DNA of 64,000 nucleotides from positions 64,340 through 128,339 of the forward strand of contig JAPONS010000049.1 of assembly GCA_026713825.1 (NCBI GenBank), written 5' to 3'. The position numbers and the translations under genes are program-made. Shown here in pieces: positions 8,279-17,069 of the stretch (within the stretch, counting starts at the first letter, position 1; each line of letters begins with the position of its first letter). A model generated the notes under the pieces. The model did not search any database. It was not told the DNA's origin and worked only from the letters and a program-made list of their open reading frames with translations. The DNA comes from Chloroflexota bacterium. Lineage in GTDB: Bacteria; Chloroflexota; Dehalococcoidia; Lucifugimonadales; UBA1127.

Positions 8279-10605
8279 TGACGCACGCCATCCTCTGGCT
8301 CATCACCATTGAGGCGCTGGGCCTGCTGGCCTTCCCCGTCGCCTACGCGCTGTTCCCCGCGCTCCGGGACCGTGGGTTCGGCTTTGCAAAGCCCCTGGGC
8401 ATGCTGACGCTTGCCTACCCGGTGTGGGCGCTGGGGAGCGCGCACATTCCCCTCGGCCCGCGAGCGACCGCCGCGCTGGTGTTCGTCGCGCTGGCCCTCG
8501 GTGCTGCGATGCTCGCGCGGCGGCTATGGCCGGAGATCCTGGACTTCGTGCGACGCGAATGGCGGCTGCTGGCGGCGACGGAGGCCGTCTTCCTCATCGT
8601 CTTCATCCTGTGGGCGCTGATGCGGGCTGGCATGCCCGGCATCGGGCACACCGAGCAGCCGATGGACTTCGCCTTCCTCAACGCGTCCATGATCGCGCCC
8701 GTGTTTCCACCGGAGGACCCGTGGCTCTCCGGTCACGGCATCAGCTACTACTACTTCGGCTACCTGACAATGGGCCTGCCCGGCGTGCTGGCGGGCATTC
8801 CATCGGGCTTTGTGTACAACCTCGCGCTGGCGCTGCTGCCAGCGATGGCCGCGATGGGAGTCGTGAGCCTTGTCAGCTCTGTCGCGGTGCGGATGGGCGC
8901 GAGGCTGCACACGGCCTTTGGCGTTGGGCTGCTGGGCGTGCTGATGCTCGGCTTCCTCGGCAACCTTGAGGGCGTGTTCGAGATGCTGCGGACCTGGGGC
9001 GCCGGCGGCGAGGGGTTCTGGCAGGCCGTCGGCATCAAGGGCCTCGACGCGCCCGCCACGAGCGCCTCTTTCTTCCCGGCCGACCACTGGTGGTGGTGGC
9101 GGTCAAGCCGCGTCATCGACACCATCGTAGCGGGCGTCAGCATGGACCCGACGATCCACGAGTACCCCTTCTTCAGCTGGCACCTCGGAGACCTGCACGC
9201 ACACGTTATGTCCATCCCCTTTGTGCTGCTCTTCCTGGGCTTCAGTTTCGCCCTGCTCGCCGATGAGACACCACTCAGCGGCGCCTGGTGGCGGCGACGC
9301 TGGCACTTCGTGGCCGCGATGGGGCTGACGCTGGGTGCGCTTGGTTTTATCAACGCGTGGGACCTGCCGGTGTTCTTCGCCATCGGGGCGGGCGCGGCGT
9401 CGCTATGCGCGTACCGTGCCGCGCGAGACGGCGAACGCGGCGGCCTCTGGTGGGCGGCGGGCGTCGCCGGTGCGCTGCTGCTCCTGGCAGTCGTGCCGTA
9501 CTTGCCGTACTACGTCGGGTCACTGGCGGGACAGGTGAAAGGTATCGCGCCCCTCACGGCGCCGGGAAGCTCGCCCCTGCACTTCCTCATCGTGTGGGGC
9601 GTCTTCGCGTGGGCCATCGCCGCTATCGCGCTCCCGGCGCTTGCAGGAGAGCATGGGCAGCTCGTGCGCGACCGGCCCCTCATGGTTGCCGTTGCGCTGG
9701 GACTTGCGCCCTTTGTGCTGTGGCTTGGGCCGGTGCTCGTGGCGGGGGAGACGGCGGAGCTTGCGGACCGACTGTGGGTCGCGCTGCCGCTATCGCTGGC
9801 GCTTGCGATTGCACTGGCGGCGACGCTGCGGGCATCCTCGGGCGACGAGGGCGGAGGGCTCGCGTTTGCGCTGGGCGCGGCGGCCATGGGCATCGCGCTG
9901 GTCTTGGGGCCGGAGCTCTTCTACGTCGTCGATTCCTTTGACAACCGCATGAATACGGTGTTCAAGCTCTACTATCAGGCGTGGGCCATTCTTGCTGTGG
10001 CCGCGCCGCTCACCCTATACTTTGGAATACGGAGCGCCCTTCAAGGCGGCCTCTGGCTCCGCCGCGCCGGTGCGGCAGTGGTGGTTGGGTTTGCCGCCCT
10101 GGCAGTGGGCGCATTCTATCTTCCCGCGGGAATGACGCTGACAGTGAACGCAACGTCCGGCAACCAATACACCCTTGACGCGACGGCCTTCCTGCGCGAG
10201 CAGGCGCCGGGCGAGCACGCGGCCATCGAGTGGCTGCGCGACAACGCCTTGGCGGGCGACGTGATCGTCGAGGCCGTTGGCGGCGACTACTCGACGTTCG
10301 GGCGCGTGGCGTCGTTTACGGGCCTGCCGTCGCCGCTGAACTGGCCCGGCCACGAGCTGCAGTGGCGCGGTTCCTCCGATCCACAGACCGGCCGCGCCGA
10401 GGACGTAGCGGCGCTCTACCGCGCGCCGGACGCCTCGGCGGCCGAGTCCATCATCGAGCGCTACGGCGTCCGCTACGTTGTGCTCGGTCCGCGTGAGCGG
10501 GACACGTACAAGGTGGACACCCTCGATCACCTTGCCCCAGCGCTCTCGGAAGCGTTTTCGCACGACGATGTGCAGGTCTACGAAGCAGTGGGCGACGATG
10601 CGTAA
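8278..10605 (+). CDS. DUF2298 / TIGR03662 'Chlor_Arch_YYY' polytopic membrane protein
   Basis: 775 aa and highly hydrophobic, with the family hallmark YYYFGY (GISYYYFGYLTMG). Confidence 0.8.
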   Translation: MTHAILWLITIEALGLLAFPVAYALFPALRDRGFGFAKPLGMLTLAYPVWALGSAHIPLGPRATAALVFVALALGAAMLARRLWPEILDFVRREWRLLAATEAVFLIVFILWALMRAGMPGIGHTEQPMDFAFLNASMIAPVFPPEDPWLSGHGISYYYFGYLTMGLPGVLAGIPSGFVYNLALALLPAMAAMGVVSLVSSVAVRMGARLHTAFGVGLLGVLMLGFLGNLEGVFEMLRTWGAGGEGFWQAVGIKGLDAPATSASFFPADHWWWWRSSRVIDTIVAGVSMDPTIHEYPFFSWHLGDLHAHVMSIPFVLLFLGFSFALLADETPLSGAWWRRRWHFVAAMGLTLGALGFINAWDLPVFFAIGAGAASLCAYRAARDGERGGLWWAAGVAGALLLLAVVPYLPYYVGSLAGQVKGIAPLTAPGSSPLHFLIVWGVFAWAIAAIALPALAGEHGQLVRDRPLMVAVALGLAPFVLWLGPVLVAGETAELADRLWVALPLSLALAIALAATLRASSGDEGGGLAFALGAAAMGIALVLGPELFYVVDSFDNRMNTVFKLYYQAWAILAVAAPLTLYFGIRSALQGGLWLRRAGAAVVVGFAALAVGAFYLPAGMTLTVNATSGNQYTLDATAFLREQAPGEHAAIEWLRDNALAGDVIVEAVGGDYSTFGRVASFTGLPSPLNWPGHELQWRGSSDPQTGRAEDVAALYRAPDASAAESIIERYGVRYVVLGPRERDTYKVDTLDHLAPALSEAFSHDDVQVYEAVGDDA

Positions 10606-12802
10606 CCCCATCGCCTACCATCCCTCGACGTTCCAACGGCAGGAGCCATCCGGCGCGCCGCGGCCCGCGGGCCGGTGGTCTCCCGCGTGGCTCACCTTCC
10701 GTTGGGAGTTGGCCTTCTATATTGCGCTGGCGCTCGTCGCGCTGGCGATGCGCGTGTGGGAGCTGGGCGACCGGGCCATGCACCACGACGAGAGCCTGCA
10801 CGCCCTGTATAGCTGGTACATCACCGAGGGCCGCGGCTACGAGCACAACCCGCTGCTGCACGGCCCGCTGCAGTACCACGTCAACGCCCTGGTCTTCTTC
10901 CTGTTCGGCGACAATGATGCAACGGCCCGCATCGCCTACGCCCTGGTGGGCACGGGCCTCGTCGCGCTGCCGTGGCTTCTGCGAGACTGGCTGGGACGCA
11001 CGGGCGCGATGTGCGCGGCTGTCCTGCTGGCCCTCTCTCCCACGATGCTGTACTTCAGCCGCTTCGCCCGCAACGACATCCTCATGGCGGCGCTGACGCT
11101 GGGGCTGGTGATTGTGGTGTGGCGGTACATGCGAGACCGGCAGCCCGTGTACCTCTACTTGGCGGCGGCAATCCTGGCGCTGGCCTTCTCCGCCAAGGAG
11201 ACCATCTACATTACCCTCTTTGCGATGGGCGCGTTTCTTGCCTTCCTCTCGATCGGCGACCTGAAGGGCGTCGTTCTGGGACGCCTGAGGATATCCGAGA
11301 TCAGCGCGCCCGCCGCCATGCTGCTGGTGCTCTTCACCCTGAGCCTGCCGATGGCGGCCGCCGCGTCCTCCGTGGTGCAGGGTCCGCTGGGCATTGTGCT
11401 GCTGAACGATGACCCTGGCGCAGGGCGCGTCGGGATGCCGCTGGAGGGCGGGAACTACGTCGCGGCGGCGCTGACCGCAGTGCTGTTCGCGGTGTCGGCG
11501 GCGCTGGGGATCGCCTGGGACTGGCGGCGCTGGCTGCTGTGTGCAGGCATCTTTGGGCTCATATACGTGCTGCTCTTCACCAGCTTCTTCACCAGCCCCT
11601 TCGGCGCGGTCACCGGCGTGTGGCAGAGCCTTGGCTACTGGCTGGCGCAGCAGGACGTGGGCCGGGGGAGCCAACCTTGGTACTACTACTTCGTCATCGG
11701 CAGCAACTACGAGTTCCTTGCGGCCGCTGCGGCTATTGGCGGCGCGGTGTGGGCCTTTGTGCGGGGCGGCGTGCTGGCCCCCCTCGACGCGGTGTGGAAC
11801 ACACCCCTGCGAGAGCACAACCGGGACGCCTTCGCGTCGCCGCAGCTCTTTGCTGTGTTCCTCATCTTCTGGGGCGTCGTCAACTTCATCCTGTTTACCC
11901 TGGCGGCCGAGAAGATGCCGTGGCTGCTGGTGCACGTCATGCTGCCGGCGGCGCTGCTGGCGGGCCTGGCCCTCGGGCGGCTGGTGGCGTTGATGCCGTG
12001 GCGGCGCGCCGTGCGCGAGAACGCGTGGCTCGCGCTGCCGCTGACGCCGCTGGCGCTGCTGCTGGCCTACCGCGTGCTGTTCTACGAATCTCCGGCGGTC
12101 ATCGACCTGCAGGCGTTCCTGCGTATCTGGGGCATTCTGCTGCTCCTGTTCGGGGCAATCGCGGGCGTGCTCTACTTCGCCATGCGGCTGGGCACGCGGC
12201 AGGGGCTTGGACTGGCGGGGCTGGCGCTGGCCGTCGTGCTGCTGGCGCTCGGCGTGCGCGCAGGCTGGACGGCCTCGTACCACAACGGCGACACGCCGAC
12301 CGAGATGCTGGTCTACACCATGAGCTCCCCGGACATCGTCAACGTCCTGCGGGACGTGAAGCGGTTGTCCGAGCAGAGCGGCCGCGGCGAGGCCATTCCC
12401 ATCAGCATCGACGGGCATAGCGGCTTCGCGTGGCCGTGGGCGTGGTACTTCCGCGACTACGAGGCCGTCGGCTACCCGACGTACGCAAGCCCTCGGCAGC
12501 CGGAGAACCCCAACGGCGGCGTCGTCCTCGTCCACGTCAACAATGAGGCCCTCGCGGACGCGGGGCTTCGCGAGGCGGGCTTCACGCAGGTCCTGCGCTA
12601 CAAGCACCGGTGGTGGTTCCCGGAGAGCTACCGCAACCTGACACCCGGTGGGGTATTGAACGGCATTGCGGACCGTTCGGCGTGGCAGAGCGCTTTCCGC
12701 TATTGGCTTTTCCGCGACTTTGAGACGCCACTTGGCTCGGAGGACGCCTACCTCTACTATTCGGATGACTTGCTGCAATTGGGCGCAATTGACCCCGGTT
12801 AG
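10598..12802 (+). CDS. TIGR03663-family membrane protein (PMT/GT-C-like N-terminus)
   Basis: Invariant family motifs DE (HHDESLH) and HGP (LLHGPLQYH) near the N-terminus; many TM helices. ATG at 10598 overlaps the upstream stop. The family is known to neighbour TIGR03662. Confidence 0.8.
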   Translation: MRNPIAYHPSTFQRQEPSGAPRPAGRWSPAWLTFRWELAFYIALALVALAMRVWELGDRAMHHDESLHALYSWYITEGRGYEHNPLLHGPLQYHVNALVFFLFGDNDATARIAYALVGTGLVALPWLLRDWLGRTGAMCAAVLLALSPTMLYFSRFARNDILMAALTLGLVIVVWRYMRDRQPVYLYLAAAILALAFSAKETIYITLFAMGAFLAFLSIGDLKGVVLGRLRISEISAPAAMLLVLFTLSLPMAAAASSVVQGPLGIVLLNDDPGAGRVGMPLEGGNYVAAALTAVLFAVSAALGIAWDWRRWLLCAGIFGLIYVLLFTSFFTSPFGAVTGVWQSLGYWLAQQDVGRGSQPWYYYFVIGSNYEFLAAAAAIGGAVWAFVRGGVLAPLDAVWNTPLREHNRDAFASPQLFAVFLIFWGVVNFILFTLAAEKMPWLLVHVMLPAALLAGLALGRLVALMPWRRAVRENAWLALPLTPLALLLAYRVLFYESPAVIDLQAFLRIWGILLLLFGAIAGVLYFAMRLGTRQGLGLAGLALAVVLLALGVRAGWTASYHNGDTPTEMLVYTMSSPDIVNVLRDVKRLSEQSGRGEAIPISIDGHSGFAWPWAWYFRDYEAVGYPTYASPRQPENPNGGVVLVHVNNEALADAGLREAGFTQVLRYKHRWWFPESYRNLTPGGVLNGIADRSAWQSAFRYWLFRDFETPLGSEDAYLYYSDDLLQLGAIDPG

Positions 12803-12902
12803 GCCCGTTGCTTGTACGGCGTCGCGGCCCCTATACTCATAGCTGTTGAGACGGGACTGAAAGACTCTTCTGCACCGAAACCGTCTCCGGAGAGAGTTCC
12901 CG

Positions 12903-13976
12903 TTGCTGTTATCCAAGCGGTTCTTCATTGGCCTTGTCCTGAGCGTGTTCTTCCTGGCTATATTCCTTTGGCGAGCGGATGTCAGTGACATCTGGGATGC
13001 CATGGAGTCAGCCAACTACCTCTACATCATCCCCGCTGTCGGGATGTACCTGACTTCGCTGTTGTGGCGGACGCTGCGCTGGAAGATCATTCTCTCGCCC
13101 ATGGGCGACTACCGCGTATCCCGGCTGTGGCCAGTTGTGCTGGTGGGGTATGCGGCCAACAACGTCCTCCCCGTCCGGCTGGGAGAGCTGGTCCGCTCAT
13201 ACTTCCTGAACATCCGCGAGGGCGTGTCGAAGACCACGGCCCTCGCCACCATCCTCATTGAGCGCGTGGCGGACGGCATGGCGCTGCTGCTGCTGGTGGG
13301 CGTGGTCGCCATATTCATCCCTCCCATCGACCTGTTCAGGGCCATCGGTGAATTGACGCGCGTGCCGTGGCTGCTGCTCACCATGATGCTGAGTGTGCCG
13401 TTCTTCTCCTTCGCCTTCCTCCTTGTCTCAATGGCGGTCTGGCCTGAGCGGGTCGAGCGTTTCATGGCCCGGGTGCTCAACTACCTGCCGGCTCGTGCGC
13501 GCCCGATGGCCGGCTTCCTCTCGTCGCGCTTCCTGGAAGGGCTTACGGCGCTCCGGCACCCGGACCGGCTTGGCAAGATCATCGCCCTCTCCATTCCCGT
13601 GTGGACGTTTGAGGCGAGCCTGTTCCTCCTGATCGCGCTGGGCTTTGGGCTGGACGACTACTTCTCCATCTGGAAGCTGATAGGCGTGCTGATCCTGACG
13701 ACCGCCACTTCCAACCTGGGCACGATTATCCCCTCCGGCGGCGGCGGCGTGGGCCCCTTTGAGTTCTTCGCGCAGGCGACGCTCGTCTACTTCGCCGTCG
13801 ACGTATCCGTGGCATCGGCGTACGTGCTGGTGGTGCATGCGTCGCTGCTGGTGCCGGTGACGTTCGTCGGCGTTGGGTACGCCTCGCTGAGCAACCACAC
13901 GCTGACCGGGTTGGCGCGTTCGAGCCGCGAGGGGGATGGGCGGGCGTCCACTGCGGGCGAGGCTGGCACAGCGTGA
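12903..13976 (+). CDS. Flippase-like (UPF0104 / lysyl-PG synthase TM-region family) membrane protein
   Basis: Polytopic protein with the typical N-terminus (FLAIFLWRADVSDIWDAM, WRTLRWKIIL, ANNVLPVRLGELVR). Confidence 0.7.
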   Translation: MLLSKRFFIGLVLSVFFLAIFLWRADVSDIWDAMESANYLYIIPAVGMYLTSLLWRTLRWKIILSPMGDYRVSRLWPVVLVGYAANNVLPVRLGELVRSYFLNIREGVSKTTALATILIERVADGMALLLLVGVVAIFIPPIDLFRAIGELTRVPWLLLTMMLSVPFFSFAFLLVSMAVWPERVERFMARVLNYLPARARPMAGFLSSRFLEGLTALRHPDRLGKIIALSIPVWTFEASLFLLIALGFGLDDYFSIWKLIGVLILTTATSNLGTIIPSGGGGVGPFEFFAQATLVYFAVDVSVASAYVLVVHASLLVPVTFVGVGYASLSNHTLTGLARSSREGDGRASTAGEAGTA

Positions 13977-15358
13977 GAGTCGGAATCATCGGCGGTGGCG
14001 CCGCGGGCCTCGCCGCCGCGTTCGAACTCCTGCGGCAGGGTCACGAGGCGGAGGTATTCGAGCGCGCGCCATTCCTCGGCGGGCAGGCGTCCACCTTCGA
14101 CGTCGGCGGCGGGCGGCTTGAGCGCGGCTACCACCACCTCTTCACCAGCGACACCGACATGGTCTGGCTCATCCATGAGCTGGGACTGGGCCAGAAGCTG
14201 GTATGGATCCCCTCCAGGGTGGGCATGTACCACAGCGGCCGCATATGGCCCTTCACCACGCCGACCGACCTCCTGAAGTTCAGCGCCATCGGCATCGCCG
14301 ACCGGATGCGCCTGGGGCTCGTGACACTGGCGCTGCGGCGGCGGCGCAGCTGGCGCTCGCTGGAGAACGTGACCGCGGCCGAGTGGTTGCCTCGCTGGGC
14401 CGGCAAGCGCGCCTACGAGGCTGTGTGGGAGCCGCTGCTCCGGGGCAAGTTCGGCCGCTACTACGATCAGATAGGCATGACATGGTTCTGGGGCAAGATC
14501 GCCTTGAGACTGGCTTCCCGCGGCAAGAGCCTCGGCGGGGAGAGCCTCGGCTATCCGATGGGGAGCTTCGGCGAGGTCTTCGACACGCTGGGCGAGCGTG
14601 TCCGCGCGATGGGCGGAACGGTGCACACGTCGGCCGAGGTGGCGCGCGTGGTCGTCGAGGAGGGCCGAGCGACGGGGCTCGATGTGCGGCTGCCAGGCGA
14701 GCCCGCCGCCGTGCGACGCTACGACGCCGTGCTATCGACGACGCCGTCGCGCATCATGGCGTCGCTGACGCCGGAGCTGCCGGACTCGTACCGGGAGGCG
14801 CTGACGAGCACGACGTACCTCGCGGCGGTGCTCATCGTGCTGGAGATGGACCGCTCGCTGACGCCCGCGTACTGGCTGAACATCGCCGACCGGAGCATCC
14901 CGTTCGTCGCAGCCATCGAACACACCAACTTCGTGCCGCCGGAGCACTACGGCGGCAGCCACCTGCTCTACCTCTCCAACTACCTGGACCGGGAGGACAG
15001 GCTGTACTCGCTGGGCCACGACGACCTGCTGGCCGAGTACGCGCCCCACCTGCGGCGGCTCAACCCGGACTTCGACGAACGGTGGATCAAGAATAGCTTC
15101 TACCACCGCGAGGATGCCGCGCAGCCGGTGAACCGGACGGGCTACGCCGCGAGCATCCCACGGCACCGCACGCCCATTCCTGACCTGTACCTCGCGAACA
15201 CCACGCAGATCTACCCGGAGGACCGGGGCACCAACTACAGCGTCCGTCTCGGCCGCAAGGTGGCGCGGCTCCTGCTCACCGACTACGGCCACGCCGTCAG
15301 CGGTGAGCTGCCGGAGGCCGTTATCAAGGACTCCGTCACCTCCGCATGGGAGTGGTAG
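13973..15358 (+). CDS. NAD(P)/FAD-dependent oxidoreductase (amine oxidase / phytoene desaturase-like fold)
   Basis: N-terminal dinucleotide fold VGIIGGGAAGLAAAFEL...EVFER..FLGG. GTGA start/stop overlap with the upstream gene. Confidence 0.8.
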   Translation: MRVGIIGGGAAGLAAAFELLRQGHEAEVFERAPFLGGQASTFDVGGGRLERGYHHLFTSDTDMVWLIHELGLGQKLVWIPSRVGMYHSGRIWPFTTPTDLLKFSAIGIADRMRLGLVTLALRRRRSWRSLENVTAAEWLPRWAGKRAYEAVWEPLLRGKFGRYYDQIGMTWFWGKIALRLASRGKSLGGESLGYPMGSFGEVFDTLGERVRAMGGTVHTSAEVARVVVEEGRATGLDVRLPGEPAAVRRYDAVLSTTPSRIMASLTPELPDSYREALTSTTYLAAVLIVLEMDRSLTPAYWLNIADRSIPFVAAIEHTNFVPPEHYGGSHLLYLSNYLDREDRLYSLGHDDLLAEYAPHLRRLNPDFDERWIKNSFYHREDAAQPVNRTGYAASIPRHRTPIPDLYLANTTQIYPEDRGTNYSVRLGRKVARLLLTDYGHAVSGELPEAVIKDSVTSAWEW

Positions 15359-15410
15359 CGGCGGTTCTTATCTGCATCAGGATTCGTTGCGATTCGTCTC
15401 TTTCTTTTCT

Positions 15411-15470
15411 GACGAAACAATTCCCGTATGTGGAATAGTCTCTTGCAGATAGGGACTGGCGGCGAAACAA
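15411..15470 (+). promoter_or_regulatory. Two direct copies of CGAAACAATTC (core G[A/G]CGAAACAA), 50 bp apart, upstream of the MFS genes
   Basis: GACGAAACAATTC at 15411-15423 and GGCGAAACAATTC at 15461-15473. The same core occurs twice upstream of the minus-strand dehydrogenase gene (20404-20446). Confidence 0.4.
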
Positions 15471-15628
15471 TTCGCTGCTCCCCTGTGTGCGTGGCCGGCT
15501 GCGGTTCCCATGGGTTGTAGGGTAGCGAGGGACAGTTCGCTCCCACGGTGACTCCGTGTCAGGGTGGCGTGGAGCGCTGGACACAGGCCCTCGCACTGAC
15601 TGCACACTCGAACGCTCAGGACGCCCCA

Positions 15629-15646
15629 CCCCAATCCTGCTATAGT
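15629..15646 (+). promoter_or_regulatory. Promoter (extended -10, CCCCAATCCTGCTATAGT) of MFS gene 1
   Basis: 18-bp sequence identical to 17045-17062. TATAGT ends 8 nt before the ATG at 15655 and no SD is visible, suggesting a leaderless transcript. Confidence 0.5.
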
Positions 15647-15654
15647 TGCGCGCA

Positions 15655-16989
15655 ATGGAGCAGAAGCAGGGCTTTCACTTCCCGGTCATCTACTACGGGT
15701 GGGTCCTCCTGGCCGTCGCGATGATCGCCGGGTCATTCTCGACGGGCGCGGGCGTCTGGGGCGCGAGCGTCATGGCGCGGCCGATGACGGAGGCGCTGGG
15801 CTGGTCGCGGGCAAGCTACTTCGGCGCGCTGACCGTGCGGTCGCTGGTGGCCGGCGCGCTGGCGCCCATCATCGGGCCGCTGCACGACACGCGAAACGGG
15901 CCGCGCCGGCTCATGCTGCTCTCGGCGGTACTGCTTGGCGGCTCGCTTATGCTGACGACGTGGGTGGAGTACCGCTGGCAGTTCTACCTGCTTTTCGGAC
16001 TCTTGGGAGGCATCGCACAGGTCACGGGCATCAACGCCCTCACGCGGGTTATCCTGCCGAAGTGGTTCGTGCGCAAGCGCGGCCGCGTCATGGGGCTGGC
16101 CGCCATGGGGCCGGGCTTCGGCCCCATGCTCTTTCCCATATCCATCCAGGCGCTCATCGAGCTTTTTGACTGGCGCGAGGCCTGGTTTGCCCTCGGACTG
16201 GCCGCGTTCCTCATCCTGGTCCCGGTGTCCTTCATGGTGCGCACGCGGCCGGAGGACATGGGGCTTCTGCCCGACGGCGACAAACCGGGCGAGCCGCCGC
16301 CGGTTCGATCCGACCCCGCACCGGGGACTGCTGCCCCGCCTCGAACGATCAGCGCCCCCGACGGCCTGACGGTCCGCGAAAGCCTGCGGACTGTTGCCTT
16401 CTGGCTTATCATCGGCGCCTTCATGCTCGTGGGGCTGGGCATGGGCGGCTTCCACGCCAACCTCGTGACCTATTTCCAGGACATCGGCCTCGCCGCATCA
16501 GTGGCGGCGCTGAGCGGCACAGCGTTTGCGGTTGCCTCCGTTAGTCTTCGGCCGATATGGGGCTTGCTGGCCGAGCGCGTGACCGTCCGGTACCTCATCG
16601 GCCCGCAGCTCATTCTGAGCGCAGGGACGGTGCTGCTCATCCTGAACGTGGGCGGGCAGACCTCCATGCTCATCGCCGCGGGACTGCACGGGCTGACCAT
16701 CGGTGCCTACATCACGCTGCAAAACCTGATGGTCGCCGACTATTTCGGCCGCGCACACCTGGGCGCCATCAGCGGCATCATTCGACCGTTCATGACGGTG
16801 GCGGGCGCAACCAGCCCCGTCCTCATCGCCTTCCTATTCGACCTGCAGGACTCGTACACGACGGCATTCCTGATCATCGCGACGGCCTGGCTTATAGCGG
16901 GCGGGCTCATTCTGCTGGCCGCGCCTCCGCGACAGCAAACTGGCCGGGCAACGGCGCCCGGCGGGCTCGCGCCGGACCCGGCGGGGTAG
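15655..16989 (+). CDS. MFS transporter (oxalate/formate-antiporter-like), paralog 1
   Basis: 12-TM-type hydrophobic profile. Long blocks match the next gene (GVWGASV..RPMTE, ILPKWFVRKRGRV.G.AAMGPG.GPML, FMVRTRPED). Confidence 0.85.
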   Translation: MEQKQGFHFPVIYYGWVLLAVAMIAGSFSTGAGVWGASVMARPMTEALGWSRASYFGALTVRSLVAGALAPIIGPLHDTRNGPRRLMLLSAVLLGGSLMLTTWVEYRWQFYLLFGLLGGIAQVTGINALTRVILPKWFVRKRGRVMGLAAMGPGFGPMLFPISIQALIELFDWREAWFALGLAAFLILVPVSFMVRTRPEDMGLLPDGDKPGEPPPVRSDPAPGTAAPPRTISAPDGLTVRESLRTVAFWLIIGAFMLVGLGMGGFHANLVTYFQDIGLAASVAALSGTAFAVASVSLRPIWGLLAERVTVRYLIGPQLILSAGTVLLILNVGGQTSMLIAAGLHGLTIGAYITLQNLMVADYFGRAHLGAISGIIRPFMTVAGATSPVLIAFLFDLQDSYTTAFLIIATAWLIAGGLILLAAPPRQQTGRATAPGGLAPDPAG

Positions 16990-17044
16990 GCCCAACCTCC
17001 CTTACGACCAGGCCACGAACGCATGGCCCGCTTCAGACATTGGC

Positions 17045-17062
17045 CCCCAATCCTGCTATAGT
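17045..17062 (+). promoter_or_regulatory. Promoter (extended -10, CCCCAATCCTGCTATAGT) of MFS gene 2
   Basis: Exact 18-bp copy of 15629-15646. TATAGT ends 7 nt before the ATG at 17070 and there is no SD. Confidence 0.5.
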
Positions 17063-17069
17063 CCGCTCC

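Noticed and set aside
10451-13015. 854-aa minus-strand ORF antisense to the TIGR03663 gene. The same class includes 25825..27006(-), 30485..32272(-), 38648..39883(-), 42316..44157(-), 46751..48901(-), 54382..56268(+), 58328..59548(+) and 59750..60910(+).
   Set aside because: The translations are Arg/Pro/Gly/His-rich low-complexity strings with no motifs. Each lies antisense to a gene with clear family signatures. Long open antisense frames are expected at this GC content.
15359-15628. Riboswitch or leader RNA upstream of the first MFS gene.
   Set aside because: The best promoter lies at the very end of the gap (15629-15646), so most of the gap would not be transcribed with the gene. I recognise no known riboswitch consensus.
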